A stretch of DNA of 64,000 nucleotides from Utricularia gibba (Eukaryota; Plantae; Magnoliophyta), in the NCBI GenBank assembly GCA_002189035.1, contig NEEC01000007.1:1550001-1614000 (forward strand). The letters are read 5' to 3'. Both the position numbers and the translations under genes were made by a program. The first letter of the stretch is position 1; each line of letters opens with the position of its first letter. Shown here piece after piece: positions 56,276 to 64,000 of this stretch. The notes below the pieces were generated by a model, which searched no databases, was not told where the DNA came from, and was given only the letters and a program-made list of their open reading frames with translations.

Positions 56276-57369
56276 CTATTTTTGGGATGTATGATGCTCC
56301 GGCGGCGAACTGCAACGATTAGGCCACCGGCACTCCATCTGATTGGTCGCATCCGACGGTTCAGACTTGATGCGGGGCCGGGCTGTTGCAACTGCAAGTC
56401 CATTTTGGCGACGTCCTCATCTTGGTCGACTGGGGAGCTGCGATCCACTTCTCTGAGGCGCTTGGCGCCGATGTGCACTCCGAAGAGTCTCGCGTTTGCT
56501 TGCTCCGGAGCAGATGGGAGATTATCGTCTTCAGGGCACTTCTCCACGCCGGTTTCAATTTCAGAGCAGAAGCTCGTCATCGGTAGGAGATCCAACGGCT
56601 TCACTGCGTTCTCCGATGAGAATAAGTTAGAGCCGTCGCTGCTGCCGTTTGATTTCTGGTCGTTTCCGTAATTCGACATCAGAACGTAGATATTGTTGCA
56701 TAAGCTCTTCATTTGGTTCAATTCTTTGTTCAGCTGCACGTTTTCTTTCCTCAACCGCTCGTTTTCTCCGACTAGGTCCGCGCTGGTGCCGCTGAACTCA
56801 AGGGCTGGGGGCGGAGGGGAGCTGTTGGAAGAATGCACAAGCTCCTCCCGGAGTCACATGGTGACACCGCCCTCGGCGGCGCTGCCGTCGTTGGCTGCAA
56901 CGGCGCCTCCGTCGGCGGCGTCACCGTCGCGGCTATTTTCCGTCGCTGTATGTCGCAAAGACGCTTCTTCTCCCCTCTTCGGAAGCAATCATTCGAGAAT
57001 TCCCACCGATCAGGCACAACTTTCCGAAATCCCTAGAATCCCACAAAAGGACACCTCAAAACTACAAACGGAAACTACACCTCAAAATTGCACCGATGAA
57101 CACAGGAAACTTACGTAAGTGTTCAGCTGCCTAACAAAACTCGAGAAATTGTTGTGTTTGAAGTATTTGGGCAACAAATCCCTAGCAAATTCCGTCGGAT
57201 TCCAAACAATGAAACTCGATCCATCTTCATTCCAAGAGATAACGTCGTCGACGGTGTGGTCATCGACAAGCTGGAAAGTTTTCGTCAGAAACGGCGTCGG
57301 AAGAGACCTCGCTCCATCCGGCGCCGGCGACTCACCTCCTCCTCCCCGATCCACCGTCTGCGGAGCCAT
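56276..57369 (-). CDS. HSFB2: Heat shock factor class B2 (repressor), 2 exons; two apparent 1-nt frameshifts (56847-56849, 56374-56377)
   Basis: [33 protein letters not shown]|[22 protein letters not shown] repressor motif. Corrected frames restore [11 protein letters not shown] and IKSEP. Confidence 0.93.
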
Positions 57370-57396
57370 ATCGCTTCCCCCTCCACTGTAACCAAA

Positions 57397-57471
57397 TCAC
57401 GACAAACGGAAACAAGCCCAGCAAGAGAAACCAAGCATTACCCTCACCGCGCCGGGATCCAATTGAACCAG
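57397..57471 (-). other. Candidate peptide uORF in the HSFB2 leader (CUG at 57471 or AUG at 57438)
   Basis: (LVQLDPGAVRV)MLGFSCWACFRLS*, ending 27 nt before the main ATG. Confidence 0.5.
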
Positions 57472-57483
57472 TCGGCAATGGCG

Positions 57484-57498
57484 ATTCTAGAAACTTCA
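57484..57498. promoter_or_regulatory. Heat shock element (3 units) near the HSFB2 transcription start
   Basis: TTCtaGAAacTTC. A second, imperfect HSE (TTCtaGAAgaTAT) lies at 57771-57783. Confidence 0.7.
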
Positions 57499-57912
57499 GA
57501 GACGGAACAAGAGAGAGAAGTATTCATTTATCTTAGAGATAAGGAAGGCGAAACTTCGGTGGGGTGGCATACGTGGCTCATCGTGATTGGATGCTGTGGG
57601 ACAGTGGAAATTTCTGTGGGCCGGTGCGGGGAATTAATTAATAATTAATCAGCCCTTAAATGGGATTAATGCATTAATATAAATCTGCTTTACACGAAAG
57701 AAAGAAAATATCTCGTCTCACCATTTGAAAAGAAGCATCTAGAAGAGGAAGCCCCGATTCCACGGCCGCCTTCTAGAAGATATTTTCTTTTTTAATAGAT
57801 GAAAAAGAAGTGATGACATGACATCATCATTTATTCGGACATCTGTTCCATGAGAAACACATGAAAGAAATAAAACAGGAAGAATGACAATGGGGGATCT
57901 GCATACGGCAGA

Positions 57913-59033
57913 TCACAACCAGGTTAGCAGCTTCTTTGGAGCAGATCCAGTGGCGAGATGCTTGGCAGCTACTTCTTCAACTTTGAGGAGATCAACGCCG
58001 CGCTGCGCTTCGATCATCGCACGCTTCTCCTCCGCCGTCTTGCGAATCAGGGCAATTTGGTTCTTGACTTTCTCTGTATAATCAGCTCTCCTTTTTTCCA
58101 GGTGCTCCTGTTTAGAGTAGCCAGAAAATCAGGTCTATTATGCGGGTATCGCCTGCCCTCTTGTGATTCAAGAACAGGATACGCAGTTTTTTGTCTTGAA
58201 AAGCAGAGCGGGTGAGTGATATGATTTGAGTTACCTCCATTTTTTTGAGCTCGGCCTTCAAAGTTGCTCTCTTGGAATTCTCCCACACCCCAATTTCAGA
58301 TAACTTCTTCTGAGCCCTGTACGTGACAAAGCTTATACATTGAACCTGAGAAGAAGTTATTGCAATTTTCGACACATTTCTTATGGACTTGGATGCCCGA
58401 GTACCTGTTTTCTGCCTTGGATTTCTTGCTCTCTTCCCATGCTCTTATGAAACACAACCTCTTCTCGGTTTCCACTCTTGCAAGTACAGAGTCTACATGA
58501 AAGCTTGTGCAATTTGGTTACGATCCCATCAAAAGATAAGAACTACATGCAACAAATAGGAAGGCACGCTCCCTTCAATTCAACCTCGATTCATACAGCT
58601 TTCTGATTCTATCAACCTCTCCTCTTCCTTGTCTGGTTCTGTAAAAGTAAAAATGAGAGGCTTCACAAGACAAACAAACTAAACCATGATCCGCAACATA
58701 AGGACAGCATCTCAACTCCTCAATAAAAGTAATGTTTCTGCGTCTATAAACAAAGAGATTTGCGTCAGGAGTGCACGTCGTAGTTGCAGATCTCCTGTGA
58801 GCATAAACCAGAGTGGGGAACTAAAAGAAATACAAACCGGGTCTAGTCTCCTGTTTGCAAACATCAGGGTTAGGGCCGGGGTCGAGTGTTTTGTCCTGTA
58901 CAACTTTGAACTCCTCCTCAGCGGCGGCAACGACGACAACGACTGCCTTCTCCTCCGAAGATGCGACCTTCAAAGACTCTGTCACCGGGGCCTCGGCACA
59001 GAGCTCGCCTTTTTTAGTCTCCTCTTCTGCCAT
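57913..59033 (-). CDS. REM: Group 1 remorin, 5 exons
   Basis: DSVLARVETEKRLCFIRAWEESKKSKAENRAQKKLS..WENSKRA..KME / EHLEKRRADYTEKVKN..AEEKRAMIEAQRG..TGSAPKKLLTWL. Confidence 0.9.
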
Positions 59034-60215
59034 AACAAAGTTTCCGGCGCTTTGGCGTTGGCAACACAGGGAGTGAAAATGAACTAGGGAAGATGAAGTA
59101 TTAGTTGACACTTTATTATGCTTTTCAATTTAAAAGTGAAAATCAATTTTTCTTGTTTTTAATTATTTCTTATTGATAAATAAATAATGATTTCGAATAA
59201 TAGTATTTTGATGATGGATATTAAGAAATTCTATTATTAGTTTAGTATTATTAAAAAAATAATTTTTTTGATATTGACATCGAATACATAATTGTATTAA
59301 ATTACAAAGTTCTGAAAAAAAACTTATGTTAATTCCCCTTAAAATAAAGTTTCAGGTTGTAGTGTGTTTAAAATTCGAATTTAATTCAATCGTTTTGAAT
59401 CGTAAATCATTTATAATAAGAATTAAATTAAATTTAACAGAATCATGATTAAATCCTTTTGGTTTGTAAGGGGTTGATCATTTTGTTTTACCATTTAAAA
59501 CACAACCCACCAAACTCCATATGGGAAGCATGCCGCAGTCAGTGTGAGTCTGTGCATGGTTTAATGTCCTAGAATCAGCACAGTGTAGATTCGAGAAGAA
59601 GAAAAAACAGAAAAATTGTCAAGGGCTATGGATCTGAATGATTTAGGCAAAAATGTCAAGCATTTGGTAAGGATATTCGTGCTCAAAGGGTGGGTTTGGA
59701 GGGGTCACTCGTTGCACAGAGATAATGGGAGTCTTGAATGGGTTGATGATCACATTGATGGAGCATTCACTGCCTACATCAAGTTGTCCCCTTTGGGAAA
59801 CCATCAGGAAGGAGCTCAAATAATTGTGGCCTATGTTCCATGGCCCTAGATAATTATTGTAAATAGTCATCCATCAGTAGTAAAATTTCTGTGTTATTGG
59901 CTAGCTTTGTACTGCTGCTAAATAACAAGAAAAGAGGAGGCAGTAGGGAGGGGAACCTGAAAGAGGAAGAAGGTAGGAGGAGAGGATAGGCTTCTTCTCC
60001 CCTGATTCCTTGATTGTTCCTTTTCATGTAGGCGATGTCCAGGAATTCTGGGCTAAGTGTGGACTCATTCATGGGGTTTCTTGATTTTGGGAGGTGATGG
60101 ACAACATTCCATCCAATATACACATTAATTCGACTCTTGCAGGTGACAAGCTGAACTTACAACATAGTTTCATGTAACAATTCGACTTCTGTGATATGAA
60201 GTCTATGCAGGACCT

Positions 60216-61387
60216 CTAGATGGGTGTGTAGCCGCTCGTATCTTCATCCTGAGGGCCTTGGGAGAGAGAGGTTAATATGACAGAGGTCCCAAACAAGATA
60301 GTGATGATGGCAGTGCAGTTGACAAGGATTGCTTCCGATCCGTACTTGGCCAAGCCACTGTTCTCTAGGAAGGTGAGTTTCTCCAGGAAGCCTAGAGATG
60401 CAGTGCCCAAGGCTAAGATGTAAACAAAGAGGCCGAACAGGACATGCCATGGGAGGGACGCACTTCTTATTGCTGGTGTTCCTCCAGGGAAAAAGAACAC
60501 ATAGAAGCCATAGATCCACTGAAAAAAGTGTACACATAAGTACAAGGTGAGGATTACATCAGGGATATCAGATGGTGTATGAAGTAACCTGAATAGCATA
60601 GAGGCTGATGACACTGATTCCCAGCCAAGAGTGCAAACTGTACAAGTTGGCGATATTGCTCTCGTTATGGAACTTGAATGCTGTGTAGATTCCAAGTATA
60701 CCGAGAGCAAGGGCGAGAAGATGTAACACAAGATGTATGAGCTTCTTCTGTGGCTTGCTCAGGGGCAGAGACTTGTAAGCGATGATTGCTGTAGTCATGA
60801 GAGCAGAATGAGTTCCAATGATGCAAAAGCAGGGAATTTCAGAACATTCGTGTCTGTGCATTACCTTCGCCTCCAATTATGAGGAACCCAATCAGCATAA
60901 ACACTGGATGAAGCTGTTACCACAACAGAGCACCAGAAATACAAAGGATGATCAGATGAATCAATTAAGAACAAGATTCAATCTTTCAACACTTGACTGT
61001 CATGGGAGGACCACCTCCTACTTGATACTTACATTTAATTCGGTGTCAACAAAGAGATACAACAACCAACTTTACCACTCCCATTTTCATCATTAGCGAT
61101 AATCAAGATAGAAAAAGAAAGGGACTTCATGGTCTCCTCTACACGGAAAAAAGTCAACGGACAAAAGGAAAACAACAAACGGAGAGATCCTCAATGAAAC
61201 AAACGCAAGGTGCTATGATCTCGAAATTCGCGAAGGGACTTACGTTGAAAATAAGAGCCTTGTTGTTGGCCTCCCAGGCAAGGCCACCCCTGAAACCGAT
61301 ATTCCAAACCAGAACAAGAATCGCAGCCACAGCGGCAAGAAAGTGAGCGACGCGGGCTACGTGCGATGCCTTCAACCCAATCCCCAT
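60216..61387 (-). CDS. CYB561: Ascorbate-dependent cytochrome b561 (At4g25570-like), 4 exons
   Basis: RGGLAW..LIFN|LHPVFM, KLIHL, FKFHNES..NLYSLHSW, LPWHV, LGFLEKLTFLE. Confidence 0.95.
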
Positions 61388-61692
61388 CCCTTGATTCCTT
61401 CCCTGTTCGGTATCCAAAAACTTTGGGGAGATCAAGATCGGGCTAGTGTATGTGAAATGTTAGCAAAAGCGGCAAAAACCCGCACTCTGGGTGGGTGGGT
61501 GCGGCGCCTCCAACCAGTGTCTATCTACCAGCCCATTGGTGTATTGCGGGCCACGTGTCGGACGCGCCACTACCAATCGTATCGGTGTCCCAATCCCAAT
61601 CCCATCTTCAACGCCATCATCCACTCCCCATCTTCAGTTGCTGTTACGTAATGAATACCCCATCATTTTTCCCAGAGTTCCCATTTCTTGGC

Positions 61693-61718
61693 AATAATAA
61701 TAATAATAATAATAATAA
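61693..61718. repeat. (AAT)8 microsatellite in the CYB561/DIM1 divergent promoter
   Basis: Direct reading of the sequence. Confidence 0.9.
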
Positions 61719-61849
61719 AGGGTTTTAAATAAGGGTTAAATTGAATTCATTCTTACATTTAGTTATTAATTTAAATTGAATCATTTAAATAGTTAGAATT
61801 ATTTTTTTTTCTTTTAATTATAAATAAATAAGGAGAGTTAGGGTTCTGA

Positions 61850-63102
<1,253 letters not shown>

Positions 63103-64000
63103 GAAGTGATCAGGTGACCGGTTCCTGTGTGTCGCCTTGCAAAATTTTGATTGTTTTGTAGCTTATAATATTATTATTCAAAGGAAGTCCTTGCCTTTCG
63201 GGAGGGTTGGATTATCTCCATGCTGCTGAAAAAATCCTGTATCTCGATTGGCTGAGATGAATGAGTTGCTGTATTCGGCAGAGTGGTGGTTCAGGGCTAC
63301 AACTGCCCTCTGCATCCTGCCAACTGACAAATACTTCAACCTGATAAGTCCATTTTGGCCATGCCAAGTCGAGTTCCCCTTGGTGCCAGGATGCCGATGT
63401 TACAAGTTTCGGAATGCCCAACTACTTTTTGTTCTTCACAGGAGTAACAAAGCTGCTTCCCTCGCTTTCGAGGATGCGGATAGCGTGACCGTCCCCACAC
63501 TGCATCACGTGCATTCGACTCTATAAACACGTATATATATAAAGGCAGATCCAACAGTTCCTGTCCCGGTCATTGCAAATACACATATGTATAGAAGATG
63601 CTCACTCTTTTCATAAATTGGAGCTAGATCCCTGAGTCACCGATAAACTAGTGTTGTAAAGTGGAACAGCTATTCTGGAGAGAAGGTCTGTACATCATTG
63701 TGATTCACAGTTAAATGGTGTTAACTCCCACAATTTAAAGGGAAAATTTGGTGTGTTAAACTGGCAAACCTGAGTCAAAAGCAGGAGGCATTCTCACTAA
63801 AGAGAAGATATGCATACTACAGTGAAATGATTTCTAGACGACGAATCGGATTCTGTGGTTAGATCAGGGAAGCATGAACACGCAGTCAAGTTACCTTGAT
63901 ATTTATAGAACTGGAAATGCTGGACGTTGGTTCTTTACATCTACCTCCAACAGAGCTTCACCTAAATTGAGGAAAATATGAGGCAGAGCCAAAGAGTACT

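Noticed and set aside
56050-56280. Promoter for an asHSFB2a-like heat-induced antisense RNA
   Set aside because: No convincing HSE downstream of HSFB2; only scattered GAA units.
57913-57960. Remorin C-terminus lacking an S-acylated Cys
   Set aside because: Some group 1 remorins (e.g. potato REM1.3) also end without Cys, so this is not unusual.

Overview
Very gene-dense eudicot nuclear DNA: 22 recognisable protein-coding genes in 64 kb, mostly with introns of about 80-120 nt and almost no transposon sequence. This compaction suggests a miniature genome such as Lentibulariaceae (inference only). Gene order: TPP, SKU5-like, VND NAC, OTP70-like PPR, UMP-CMP kinase, IRE kinase, RPS20, pICln, DUF688, ACS12-like, U2AF65, bHLH Ib, GA20ox, UreF, CBF/DREB1, GARP/ARR-like, MATE, XBAT33, HSFB2, remorin, Cyt b561, DIM1. 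As I recall the gene IDs, this is collinear with the Arabidopsis At4g25240-25570 / At5g51460-52050 / At5g62020-62380 blocks. Main observations: (1) a ~150-bp promoter plus non-coding first-exon module shared at ~80% identity by neighbouring RPS20 and pICln; (2) a lone 19/21-nt miR399-complementary site where collinear genomes carry MIR399; (3) PMEI pseudogene remnant(s) at the syntenic PMEI position; (4) a type-B response-regulator-like gene with a decayed receiver but intact GARP domain; (5) candidate peptide uORFs in the HSFB2, TPP, UreF and pICln leaders; (6) nine apparent 1-nt deletions, all in G/C homopolymers, across seven genes, most likely assembly errors. CDS coordinates are hand-inferred outer bounds of spliced genes. 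No rRNA, tRNA, snRNA or CRISPR array was recognised.
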